Shown here: in pieces, positions 1 to 11,542 of the stretch | Layout of the letters: each line of letters opens with the position of its first letter | Numbering within the stretch: position 1 is the stretch's first letter | Assembly (NCBI GenBank): GCA_010093815.1 | Contig: ML996568.1 | DNA from: Pseudovirgaria hyperparasitica | Taxonomy: Eukaryota | DNA length: 64,000 nucleotides | Strand: one strand, 5' to 3' | Made by a program: the position numbers and the translations under genes | Notes under the pieces: model-generated | Told to the model about the DNA's origin: nothing | Databases searched by the model: none | The model's input: only the letters and a program-made list of their open reading frames with translations

Positions 1-1023
1 CCATCAACATCCACAACCTCCCAATATTCTGCAGGGGTACTGTCCGGTTCCGCAACTTCTTCGGGTGCCTCGGTCTTCTCATCCTCCTTCTGCCTATTCT
101 TCGCGATGGCTGCCTTTTTCTCAAGGGCCTCCTTGCGCTTCTTCTCGATGGCCTCTCTTCTCTTCTTTTCTGACTCCGTCTCTTCTCTAACAAGCTTGAG
201 AGACCCCTGCTGGTTGCCAGGCTTCACGTCAAAAATGAGACCACTCTTCTTGACCTTCTTGCCTGCATCAAGTGATACTAAGTATTTGTGCTCTCCTCGT
301 TGTCCACTAGAAACCTTGGCTGCTTTGATGAACCTCAGAGGTGCCTGGATCGCGCCAGCTGCAGCCTCTAACGCTGGAAGTAGGCTCTTGTTGGGGTGGT
401 CTACGGCCAATCCGCCAGCTTTTGCCTTCGCGGCCGCATCTTCCGGGCTGATCGAGGTACATTTTTCATAACCCTGTACGCGTTGAACGAACAAGGAGCG
501 CCCTGCCTCGGGAGTATAGCTTGCTGCCTTGGTGGATTCCCCGAAAGTGCTGTAAAAGTCGAAGAGGTCTTGGTTGCGAACATCGACTTCGTGTGGGTAG
601 GGATTGGGCTCGTGTGACTCGCGCAGCTTGTTGATCGTCCGACTTCTGATTTCGAAATATTGCTATCAGACAGTAAATATCAATTTGAAAATGTGATCGG
701 AATGCATCACATTCGGGTTCAGGTCTGCCTCATTGACGGCGCCAGCAGCTTTCTTAGCAGCAGGCTTTGGTGGGGCAGTAGCAGCCTTCTCAGCCTTCTT
801 CTTTTCGTTCTCCCGCTGCTTCTGTCTCTTCTTCACTGTAGATCTGAAGTTAGACAAAGCCTACTGGAATTTCGGTAGACTTCTCACATTCACTCTTGGA
901 GACACGCTCCCCTGTAACCTCGTCGAGCAGTAGCTTGGGAGCACCTTCAGCAGCAGACTCGCCAGTATTTCCTGTGACACTGCTAACCACAGCCTCCACT
1001 GCGTTCTTGACAGATTCGGCCAT
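1..1023 (-). CDS. KRS1: Cytosolic lysyl-tRNA synthetase-like protein, 5' part (runs off the window edge)
   Basis: ATG at 1023; introns 836-887 (GTGAGA..CAG) and 663-710 (GTGATG..TAG). Spliced product MAESVK...LLLDEVTGERVSKSELKKRQKQRE...[28 protein letters not shown] matches the eukaryotic LysRS N-terminus. The frame stays open to base 1 but is non-canonical after YPH. The catalytic domain is outside the window. Confidence 0.75.
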
Positions 1024-1041
1024 GATTGTTAGTCGATTAAG

Positions 1042-1113
1042 GAGTCAGGAATTCTGATCTCGAGAGGTATTTGACTTGCGACAACTGACTAACTCATACT
1101 ACCTTCGAGTCAT
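1042..1113 (-). promoter_or_regulatory. Two Gcn4/CpcA-type elements (TGACTC) upstream of the LysRS gene
   Basis: GAGTCA at 1042-1047 and GAGTCAT at 1107-1113 (reverse complement TGACTC/ATGACTC), within 90 bp of the ATG. Fungal aminoacyl-tRNA synthetase genes are typical cross-pathway-control targets. Confidence 0.45.
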
Positions 1114-1629
1114 CACAATAGCACCCGCACAAAATTGTTCGGCACCCGGAGAAACCTAGCTGCCGTGCCCCTCCTAAGGCCCCTCACCAGGAGATGACGG
1201 CTAGCCTCATATATACTGCGGCTGGGATGCAGATTACGTAGTTGCGTGCGGGTAATTAGTGGAGTCTGCCCGCCACAGAGCGTCAATCGTGTTCTAGTTG
1301 GCTGCCTGAGGCTCCTCACCCGGAAAGGGATGGTTATTTATATGAAGTTGAACCACGCATGGATATATATACGTGGAGCTCTTATCACTTACGTCTCATA
1401 AATTGGAACATTATCCATCTCAACTCTCCCGGCATATATTCACTCCTATGTACCATACGTATTGACGCTATCGTATTCTGTCCATGATCCATCACATATT
1501 CGTCACATGTTTGTCAGACAGCCTACCTCCACACATATCCATCGGTGTCACACTCCTCCCTGACTGACCACTCATGTCGATACAATGAGCGATTTCGATA
1601 ATTAGGATGCGACGAACAACCACGGCGCC

Positions 1630-2724
1630 ATGATGGAGATTCACCACGGCACAGCACGAGACCTTGACGCCCAATGCGACCACGAATACGTCCACACCCT
1701 GTTCAGAGGCCCCAGAGCACCGCCGTCTCAGACTTCCCTTCATACATCTAATCCCAGCGACGACCCTCCAAGTTACGTGGGTGACTTGAAGGAACACCGC
1801 GATTTCCTAATTGACTTTGATGCTCCTGGCCCTGCTTCTGCTCCGCCGCATTCGCCCACGACCACGGGCAGCACCTCCCTGTCAGCATCATGGGATGAGT
1901 ATGCGGCCTTTTCACTCTTTCAACTACCACGAGAACTTCGAGATTTTATCTACGGGCACGCTCTAACCCCATCGAACCATCGTGTTCTGGTTGAGATCGA
2001 CCGCGACCTGTCACCCCAACCCGGCTACAACCGAAGTCCCCACAAGAGGTGGGATCCAAAGATTTGCTACGAACGTCGACCTCGAGAGTATCTCAGTCCG
2101 GCATTGCTACGCACATGCAAGAACGTCTACAGAGAGGCGCTTCCGATACTATACTCTAGCGCCATCTTTTACCCAGTTAACAACCAAGCGCTGTTACCCC
2201 TATTCCTCGAGCGACAAGGAGCACTCGCTCGGCGTTCCATACGATATATGCGTATCGCCACAACTTTCTCGCTGCCCTTGTCTCAAAATCGCTTCCACTG
2301 GGCCGTCACCTGTGCGCAGGTTGGCAGTCTAGCTTCTACACTGAAAAAAGTCGAAGTCTTGTATACAAGCAAGCCCTCAGAACGACCGTGTCTGCTTGGC
2401 TCCGGATCAGATACCGAGGCGCTGATGAAGCCTATTATCAAGCCATTGTGTAAGATACAGTGTCCGAAGGTCATCGTATTCTCACCAGTCGACATTTCGG
2501 AGGCCCAATCTGCTATCGAGGAACGATTTGAAGGCTTGATGAGGACTGGTCACGAACTGGTAGCTCGAGATAAGAAGGGAGCAATAGAGCGTGGCGATGC
2601 TAATGAGATGGAGAAGCTCTGCAAGGAGTGGGACATAGCCAGTGATGTCAGTTCTTTGGATGGATCAGACTGGGAGGACGTCAAGAAGGACTTTGACAAG
2701 ACTCACAACACAGAGTCCGACTAG
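1630..2724 (+). CDS. Fungal F-box-like domain protein (LPxELRxxIY family)
   Basis: 364-aa ORF with FSLFQLPRELRDFIYGHAL and ALLRTCKNVYREALPILYS, typical of the expanded fungal F-box-like/2EXR-type proteins. Confidence 0.7.
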   Translation: MMEIHHGTARDLDAQCDHEYVHTLFRGPRAPPSQTSLHTSNPSDDPPSYVGDLKEHRDFLIDFDAPGPASAPPHSPTTTGSTSLSASWDEYAAFSLFQLPRELRDFIYGHALTPSNHRVLVEIDRDLSPQPGYNRSPHKRWDPKICYERRPREYLSPALLRTCKNVYREALPILYSSAIFYPVNNQALLPLFLERQGALARRSIRYMRIATTFSLPLSQNRFHWAVTCAQVGSLASTLKKVEVLYTSKPSERPCLLGSGSDTEALMKPIIKPLCKIQCPKVIVFSPVDISEAQSAIEERFEGLMRTGHELVARDKKGAIERGDANEMEKLCKEWDIASDVSSLDGSDWEDVKKDFDKTHNTESD

Positions 2725-3262
2725 TGTCGTGCCTTTTTTGAACCAATCAGTTATCGCTTTCCGAAGTCTCCGAAGAAAAGAAGACAGATGTCGATTTATT
2801 TTATTTCCATATTATGCGACAAAGTTTCCGTTCCCGAAGTTTCCATCGTGAATCTGGACGTCAATCCTGAATCCCTCCGCGGTCGGTTTGCTGGACCTAA
2901 TTGGCAGCTGAGCTCGCCGGAGCTTCTTGATATGTAACTAGACTGGCGCTAAATCATGATACCGGATGCGGAAATTTTTTTCTGACTTCGGCCGGGTAGC
3001 TGATTTAATTCGTTGGCGCCAAAAAGTTCATCAGATCCACAGGAAACACTGACTCAACGTGGCAGTTCTGACGATGACATGCAGCTATATAAGATACAGA
3101 TTTCTGGTCGACTGATGATGTCCCCTCTAAATCCCATATCTCAAGGACAAACTCAACGGAGTCAAACAGACCACGCCATCAGTCCCAGATATCACAATCT
3201 AATACACCAAGCCTCACTCTCACCACTACCCTCAATCGACTCACTAGATTCCAACCTCCACT

Positions 3263-4099
3263 ATGCCCCCAACCATTCACTGCATCCGTCACGCCCAAGG
3301 CTACCACAACCTCTCCACCGATAACTACATCCTCCCGGACCCCGACCTCACCCCCCATGGCATGTCCCAATGCACAGCACTCTCAAACTCCTTCCCACAC
3401 ATGCCTCAGATTGACCTCATCGTTGCCTCCCCCATCCGCCGCACCCTGTACACCGCGCTACACACCTTCGCCCCCATCATCGCCTCACGCGGCACCCCAA
3501 TCATCGCGCTGCCCGAGCTCCAAGAAACCTCCGACCTGCCTTGCGACACCGGCTCCGCGCCCGCGGCCCTGGCAGCCGAATTCGCAGCCCACCCCAGCGT
3601 CGATCTCAGCCTCGTCCGCGACGGCTGGAATCTCAAGCACGGCGGTGCGATGGCGAGTCCCGACGCTGGAAGCATCATTTTGCGCGCACGGCGCGCAAAG
3701 GCCTGGCTTAGACAGCGACCTGAGGCGCATATCGCCGTTGTCACACACGGTGGGTATCTACACTACTTCACGGACGATTGGGCGGGCATTGATGACTTTA
3801 CGGCCGGCACAGCGTGGCGGAACTGTGACTTTCGGACTTATGTGTTTGTGCGACCTGAGGGGGTGGAGCAGAGGATTGAGGAGACGGCGGAGAGTAGGGC
3901 GCGGAGAGGAGATGCTGGGAAGGAAGTGCTTGGAGTGGAGGAGAATAGGGTGCGGAGGAGTGAGGTTGTTGTGCAGTGGATCAGGTTGGGACATATTACC
4001 GCACCAGGGGATGGGGTTGGGAAGGTTGAGAGGGAGATTCTGGAGGATGTTTTGAGGCCTGGGGCGGAGCTGGAAAAGATGCCTACTGCGTCATTGTGA
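3263..4099 (+). CDS. Histidine phosphatase / phosphoglycerate mutase-like protein
   Basis: Catalytic RHAQG near the N-terminus, ASPIRRTLYT, LQE and VTHGG motifs; intronless 278-aa ORF. Confidence 0.9.
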   Translation: MPPTIHCIRHAQGYHNLSTDNYILPDPDLTPHGMSQCTALSNSFPHMPQIDLIVASPIRRTLYTALHTFAPIIASRGTPIIALPELQETSDLPCDTGSAPAALAAEFAAHPSVDLSLVRDGWNLKHGGAMASPDAGSIILRARRAKAWLRQRPEAHIAVVTHGGYLHYFTDDWAGIDDFTAGTAWRNCDFRTYVFVRPEGVEQRIEETAESRARRGDAGKEVLGVEENRVRRSEVVVQWIRLGHITAPGDGVGKVEREILEDVLRPGAELEKMPTASL

Positions 4100-4566
4100 G
4101 TGGGATGATCGTAGACAGAGGACTGATGGCGCAACATTCCGTTTGCGAGATGCAACTCGAGTGGAGGCAGATTATCGTAGGTAATTCATAGAAGTTGTCG
4201 TTCTCGGATAGATATCATAGGAAAGATCTTAGCTCAGAGAGTTACTTGTAGAACACATGACTTCATACGGGTTACAGTAGAATGAACACGCCAATCGCCA
4301 GCGAATCCTGAGAACAGTATTGCAATCACCTGAGCAAGCAAAATTGTTATTGCTATTCCATACCTGTGGATCGTTTCTATTGTGCTAACCACACCACTGC
4401 CTGAAAAAGGGTTGATGTCTCACACATGCCTATGTGTGCTGGCCCAAACGTCTAGACCTCCCTTGATATCTGAACCATGGTGTCCTACATCTCATCCAAA
4501 GGATCCGTTCCTGAGTCCTTGGCAGCCCATGTTCGATACTCCATCCCTCTGTCAGATTCCAGTTCA

Positions 4567-5671
4567 CTACAGTAGGCTCTTGATGACCTGCCCGGCCTCC
4601 CATCCCTCACCGCCTTCCAATTTCACCCAACTATTCACATGTCCAACTTCCACGCAGATCATGTTCTTCCAGCCATCAGCTGGTGCGAAGTCTTTCATTC
4701 CGGCAGCCTTCTCTTTGCTTGGATTCCAAATCACCGTGTCCGGGAAGTTGTCCCGTACCACGTCGAAGCGGGGCTTATTGTCTATGAGCACGGAAGTTGT
4801 ATCTTGCGGGATCGACGCGTATACGCGGTCAACTTCGCCGGAGATACTGAGAGAGGCATTGGACTCAGTGTGAGTGGTTGCGTTGAGGACTTTGTCGGTG
4901 TAAGAGACGTCCATGAGGCCGGTTATGCTTGTTTTGGAGATGTCCTATATCCGTCAGCGACTGCGATACCGCAACTGTAGAGCAAGCGGAAGCCTACCGC
5001 AATTCTCAGGTAGGTGTGCAGCAACACCTGAAACTCAAAGGTCCCACTACCTTCATTCCGAACGTTCAGACTGGTGTGCAGCCCAATTTTTGTCAGCGTG
5101 ACGCTGTACACAAGCCCGAATTCGTGTGGCCAGGCTTTCTTGAACTCATCGCTGAGGTTCGCGTTCGAGAGACCAAAGTCAAGCTTCACGCCACCATCAC
5201 CCGCGGCTGTGGCGCCCGGAGGAGACTCGGACGTTGATTTACCCAGGTATTCCCAACGCGAGTTGCGTGCAAATCCGTGCTGTGGAAGAGAGGATGTTGC
5301 GTGGTCGGAGGGCGGGGGACCAAAGACCTGAAAATTATCAGATATGTGCCCTGTCTCTGAGTTTTCACTCTTTGCTAAGCAACGGTCATGAGGCCTGAAG
5401 AGCGACGTACAGGAAACACGACTGGAATACCCCCGCGCACTGGCTTACTCCCGTCCAAGCTTGCCTTCTCGCTCAACCACATGTTATCAGACCCGTCCGC
5501 ATTCTTCCAGCTTGTGACAGTGGCACCATATAACAGTACAGAAACGCTTTCGCCTGAGGGCAGCTTCGCGGTGACGGTAGAGTTGTCTTGGGCGATATCG
5601 ACAATGGGCTGCGGGGCAGAAGAGGGCTTAGGAGCATCGATTGGGCCGGGTTTCTTGGGGCGGTCAACCAT
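4567..5671 (-). CDS. Glucose-6-phosphate 1-epimerase (aldose 1-epimerase family)
   Basis: Exons 5671-5411, 5327-4998 and 4944-4567. Motifs YGATVTSW, VRGGIPVVFPVFG, QHGFARNS, LHTYL, VDRVY, VIWNP and MICVE. Confidence 0.9.
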
Positions 5672-6227
5672 GACTGATGATACGGAGGTGAATATGGGTG
5701 GAATGTATGATCGTAGAAGGCACTTGAGAGGGCGGATGAAGTTAGAGAAAAGTGGAAGTTGAGAGAGGTTGAAAGGCCAAGATTATGTACTGTAGTGGCA
5801 CAGGATAGACATATAAAATAGCGGGGCAGCGTTTCTGACCTCACCGTAACACTTTCTGACGCCAGCGAGATTCTGGGTTAGCTGCGGCATGTGTTTTACG
5901 AATTCTGTAGTGGTACGATTTAATTGTCTTGTATGGGCGGCCTATAGTGCTCTAGGAATGCAAAGAAGTGGCAGACTGCGGCGACGAGGAGCTCTATAGG
6001 CTCCGCCGTCTTTGAACTGATCACATTCATCTGAAACGGCGGCTAACGACATCCACGACTTCGCTTCCAATACTTCATAAGGCGAATTGGGCCATCATCG
6101 GGATGTCTTGTACAGGCTGTCCATGCTATACAAACTGCCACTTCACCAAACACCTGTTGCTACGCCGCCTAAACCCATGGTTTCAAACACCCAACGAGCG
6201 CCACTCGTAACAAACAATACAGGAAAA

Positions 6228-9200
6228 CTATTCCAAGTCCTGCTCGCCCCGCTCACTCGCCCGAAACCCTTCTCTTCGAATGGCAGCCATTAAGCTGTCC
6301 GCCTCGTGATATTCTTCCATTGATCCAAATGCGTAACTCTTGAGATCGGTAAGCATGCTTTTCAGTCGATCTATAATGCTCTTCGGCCGCAAGATCGGGC
6401 GCTGCCTCTGTGAGCTTGAGGCAGCTGAGTTCGCTTCCACCTCTACATGACCTAGTGCCTGATCTGAGCTACGCTTACGCGTCTTCTCGTGTTGCGGCGT
6501 GACCTGGACGTGACTCAACCGTCTTGACTCTGATGCCGTTGACTCTACTACTGATGGCGGCTGTGATGGGACCTCGCTGGACCCGTCAGACGTCAGATCA
6601 AGGGCAGCTTCAAGTTGCGACGAGGTGAGTTCGGTCATCTGTTTGCGTGGACGTCCAGGGCCGCGTCTGCGTTGCGTTTGCGATGATTGGGAGTCGTTCG
6701 CAAGTCCTGTGCCCTGCCCTCTCTTAGGTCTTTTCGACGCGGCAGTATTGATGACACCTTCTCCACTTTTGCGCTTGCGAGATGCTCTCGTACTGGACGC
6801 AGATGCATCTTCTACCTGCGAAGAGCTAGGCGCTGCGAAACTGTCCTCAATCTGGCTCAAGCGCTCCTCGTCCGTTTCTGTCTCAGCCTCTGCTTTGAAG
6901 GCCAAAGGTACAGATGACTCGTTCTCACGCCTGATGGTCACCTCCTCAGCGACAACAGCTGTATCAAGCTCGGGCGATGCGTCGACAAATTCCGCTTCAT
7001 CAATATCGTTGTGTTCGAGACATTCGGTTGGGGCATCTACGAACACATCGCTAAAAGTCGTGGGAACGGGCGGTTGAGGACTTTGGCGTTCCTTGCGCGA
7101 CGTTATCTCGTTATTAATTTGTGCATTAAGAAGGATGTCCGCATCTGAGCTAGTAACATCGGGCATTGTATCATCAAGTCCTTGATCGAACTCTCCGTCA
7201 GGAAGGTCAGCTTCTTCGTCTTCAAATGGAGCGAGACCATGGGCTTCAAGGGTGGAGTCGTTCTCCCCGATGTCAATCATGTCTTCACGTTCTTTGTGGT
7301 TGTGGGATCGATGCATAAAACGGTCCTGGGCGAAATCGCTTGAAGAATGAAGAACCAATTTACTGATTCTCGGTACAGGTGACTTCGGTGGCGATGAAGG
7401 AAGCTCCGTGGCCATCCTCCTTTGGCGTCCGGAACTCGTAGAACGAGACCTTTGTCCGGGCACAGGTGTTGGCGAAGATCCTACAAACACTTGGGCTTCA
7501 AGCTTCGCGGTAGGAGTTTCCTTTCGCGCTGGAGGGGTATTGACGACTCTTTTAGGCCGATTCCTGGGAAGTATATTCAATCGAGAGTTATCAGGGCTCG
7601 CCTCACTTAGTGGTATCGATATTGCTGTACTGATGTCGGGAAACATCATAGCTGCTTCTTGCCTTTGCTTTGCCAGCACCTCTTTCTGATTTTCCGTCAA
7701 GAGTTGAGAGCTAGCATCGTTTCCGCCTAAAGGCGACGAATCAATTGCTGCAAATTGTAGCTGCGAGTCCTCGTGACGAAGGCGACCTTTTGATGCCTTC
7801 CGGACAGGGGTGCGACTGTGAGTTCGCATGGGGGATACTTTTGGAGAATGTCTTGAGAACGCTGGTGATCTAGTCACAGCTAGATTCCTATTCTTCTTGT
7901 TAGGGCTTACTGGCGAGCTCATCAGAGAGTCGTCTTGGGAGTCTAGGAAAGATAGGGGGACTATGTCCTCGTCGGCGCTGATGTCTGGAAAAGATGGAAC
8001 TTCGATGTCAAGAACTCGTCGCAGCCTTTCAATGACGGGCACTAATGGGCTTGGATAAGCAAGTGTGTCCTGTTTTCCAAACGTGTCGTTCCAAAATTCC
8101 ACAGTAGCATTGACGATCTCGCGTCGACTACTAGAGAACCCAGCTATTAATAGAATGTCCAGAGCAGCGAGTGTTGCTGTGTTTTTCTGTGGCAACGCCC
8201 TGAATGTTAAAATTACAGTTCGCCACAGAGCAATGACCTATATGCAATTAGCTCATGATCCTGATACTTTCGCGCCTATATGACCGCTAGTTCTCATCTG
8301 GCTCGATGTAAAAGACGAGACAAGCGTACCTCGTTAACAATATCACGACTGTCAGCACTGCTGTTGACAAGGCGGCGATCCTTATCTTGGATCCAAACAC
8401 TGAGAGAATCCTGATTCTTCCGCAGGAACAGTCCTGCCAGAGACTGAGGACAGGTCTCGATGGCCTTACGAAGTTCATGTATGACCGATTGCACCGTTTT
8501 CTTGTTGATAGAGTCAAGACTGTTGTAGGCCAGAACAAGCGCGAGGTGCACCATAGTGTATACACTATGATACGGATCGAAGTCTGAGTTGCGGTGGAGA
8601 TGACTTGAAGAAGTACCCAGCGCTTCATGGCTCTGTCGTAGAGCACGCTGGCTTTTGGGATGGCGATTATACTTGAGAATCATTGTAGCCATGTGGAGAA
8701 AAGTAACTCTAGTCAGAGAGCTTTTGTTTGGAGCCAAAGCTGACATAGGCTCTGAAACAGCGATTGTAACTCCCGCATCTCCAGAGTCGCGTGCCACAGT
8801 CTCAGAAAATGCTTCGTAGAGATCTTCCCAAGCTGGTTGCAACTGCACGTCATCCTGATCCACACCCGCCGACAGAATTTCGACAATGAAAGCGAAAGAC
8901 TTGCCCGGAACAGAGATACCATCTGGAGGTGAACGCAACGTTGTTGACGTTAGATCCGCGAGGTAATGCCACAGGGCCTGACTGATGGGTCTTCCCTTAG
9001 CCAAAGGCATCATGATACTTGTGCAATCCCGGAGAAGCTGAACTTTAGCTTGTTTCATGTTCCTTGAGTTCAGACAGGTAGCTATCATTCGTTGTATCAC
9101 CGCAAGGCGACTCTGGTCCCCTATGCTGTCAGGCCCAACTCTTAGGATCGACTCGAGAAGGGATAGCAATGGCGAGTGTAGCGAAACCTGGAGCCGGGAC

Positions 9201-11341
9201 CGGTGGGAAGGTGTCGGAGCTGCTTCAAAGTCTGCCTCGCCATTCCGAGACAACAATCGCTCGCTGAAGTACAGAGGACCAAGACTTGTCATTGCAGATG
9301 AGATGAGGAATCCGAATTTTTCCATCCACATGTCGCCATTGCGTCGGTGGTTTGAAAGCGATTCAGGGTAATCATTCCAGAAGCTATGAAACATGTTCGT
9401 GACGTGCGCAATAGCATCTTTCAGCTCCATTGAGACTGTGACCTCTTTAACACCTGCTTCAGCCAGTGCTTGCGTAAACGAGAGCCACATATCCTTGACG
9501 GAAGTCGATTTGTTGATAGTTGGTTCCCATGGACCGCTATTTAAGCAAAGGCGAATGGGTTGGAGGACCAGCGCAATATTCTGTCTGATCCACTTCGAGT
9601 CAAGATGGGGAAGGTCTTCGAGGGTCGCTGATGATGGGGTTTCGAATACTTTGCCTTCGTTCCAGAACTTGATCTGCCCACGCATCAAGAGTCTATGAAG
9701 AACCTGGGTTATCACTGAAGCGTCGAGACCAAATTCACCGTCAGTAGGAAAAGCCATTTCGCTCACAAAGTTTCGCCATGAATGACAGTGGGATTGAGTC
9801 GGTAGGCCTGGCCGCAAGGAGTAATATAGCAAAGTAGCGTACGCCATTGTGGCATGGGTCCGGCCGTTAGAAGTGGTCTTCTCCGTCTTGTCATCTTGAA
9901 ACCAAACGCTGATGACCTTACGAAGGAGATTTGCCATGCTATCAGACACACCGTCTCTCAGGATCACGACGTACACAAAGCGATTCCACGCAAGAACAGC
10001 CTGCTTTCGTACATTATCCTCTGAGTTCTTGAGTACTTTTTCGAACACCCGTAGCCATGACTTTAGATGGCGCCAGGTGTCAAGATGCCCCGGTCTTTCT
10101 TTCATAAGTAATACCACGATAGACCATATTTGAGGGACCTGGAAGGCTTCTTCTTGTTTTGCGGCCATCTGAGTCAGGCGTGCCACGATGTAATTAATAT
10201 AAGACTTCCCGACCTTTGATTCGTGGTCGAGAATAGCCGAAGTTGCGATATGAGTATGCTTCAGAGATGAGAATTCCTTGGCAGCAAGAAGGCCGACATC
10301 AATAGCCCGTGACCGTATTTCTTTGATGCTGCTGACCATTGCGTGAAAGACATTTTCGAGCCAGGGTGTCAGTCTGCTGGCCATAGACTGGGGCGATTGC
10401 AGAATCAATCGTCTGTATACATGGAGACGCACGATGACCATTGAGTTGCCTTTTACTCTATCATGAATCGGATTCAGGATTTCCAGAAGCCTCTCGACTC
10501 TCTTGTCTGTCATGATGTGAGATGGAAACTTTTGGTGTCCTACCAAATTCAAATAGTGATTGGTGAACGCTTTGGGTGCATTTGAATCTGCCAGTATGGC
10601 GATGGCACGCTCAACAACAAACTCTCGAAAGTCATCGTCCATTGCGTTCGCTGCTTGTGGGATGTGGAGCAGAGCAACAGTGAATTTGATGGCCTGTGTT
10701 ACCACAGTCATGTTCATGACACCTTCGGATCCCATGTCTCGCTCAATGTACCCTAGAAGTGTAGGTATTCTTTCGACTAGAGCCTTCACACCCCCAGGGA
10801 CCTCCTCATAGTGTTTCAAGGCGCCCTGGAGTACAACATAGGCATCTCCACGTGCATCTCTGCCCTCTTCAGCTAGCTGATCGATCACAGCTTGCAGCAT
10901 TTTCTCCACGCTTTCGAAGTCGTGAGCACTCTGTGCAGCGGCAGGAGCAATGTTCTTTGTGTTCTCAACCAGCGGACTTGGCTCAGACGCTTTTAGTATA
11001 GATTTGAGCGGGGTTCCTGCTCGAGGTAGAGCTCTCAGATTAGAGGCGTTAGGATGATTGTGGTATGTACTCCATCCAGAGATCTCGACGCGTTTCCGCC
11101 TCTTATTGCTGTTCGAAATATGATCACCGCCAGAGGAAGGAGGAGTGAATTGTAAAGTCTGGGCAGTAACATCCATAGAGCGGGTACCGCTCGATTGTTT
11201 GATGTCAAAGTTGTCCTCGAGAAGTTCGATTGCTTTATCGAGCTCTACATCTATGTCGGGTTGGGGACTGGTGTCTCGTGGTGGAGTCGGTGGTCGTGCT
11301 TGAAGGGAACTAAATCGCGAATTACTGGAAGAAATGGACAT
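6228..11341 (-). CDS. RIF1: Telomere/replication-timing regulator Rif1
   Basis: ATG 11341; one intron 8238-8329 joins the 1029-aa and 655-aa ORFs in frame (..IVNE|VIALWR..). N-terminal ARPPTPP, RVxF-position and KSILK PP1 motifs, then a HEAT-like Rif1_N region (WLRVFEKVL..AVLAWNRFVY, YYSLRP, FEAAPTPSHR) and a disordered C-terminus with LRHEDSQLQFAAIDSSP. Confidence 0.85.
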
Positions 11342-11494
11342 GGCTGCAACTCCAACACAGATTAGAAGCAAAAAGAAAGACAACGGTCATGAATGCATCG
11401 TGTGTGTCCCGAGACAGCGAGAGGATGCAGAGAGTATCCACGGAGATATTCGAGGACGACGGCCTCTAGCGCTGAAGCGATATACTTCCACTTT

Positions 11495-11542
11495 ACGCGG
11501 ATTAGTACGCGCTTTCGTAGAACGCGATTTATTGGAACGCGT
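11495..11542. promoter_or_regulatory. Cluster of MCB-like (ACGCG/ACGCGT) G1/S elements upstream of RIF1
   Basis: ACGCG at 11495, 11507 and 11522, and ACGCGT at 11537: four copies in 48 bp, 150-200 bp upstream of the RIF1 ATG. Confidence 0.6.

Noticed and set aside
430..470. Intein as the explanation for the LysRS insertion (Cys in CTSISPE)
   Set aside because: No Hint block A (C-x-x-x-G-T), TxxH block B or LAGLIDADG motif is visible, and divergence begins well before the Cys.
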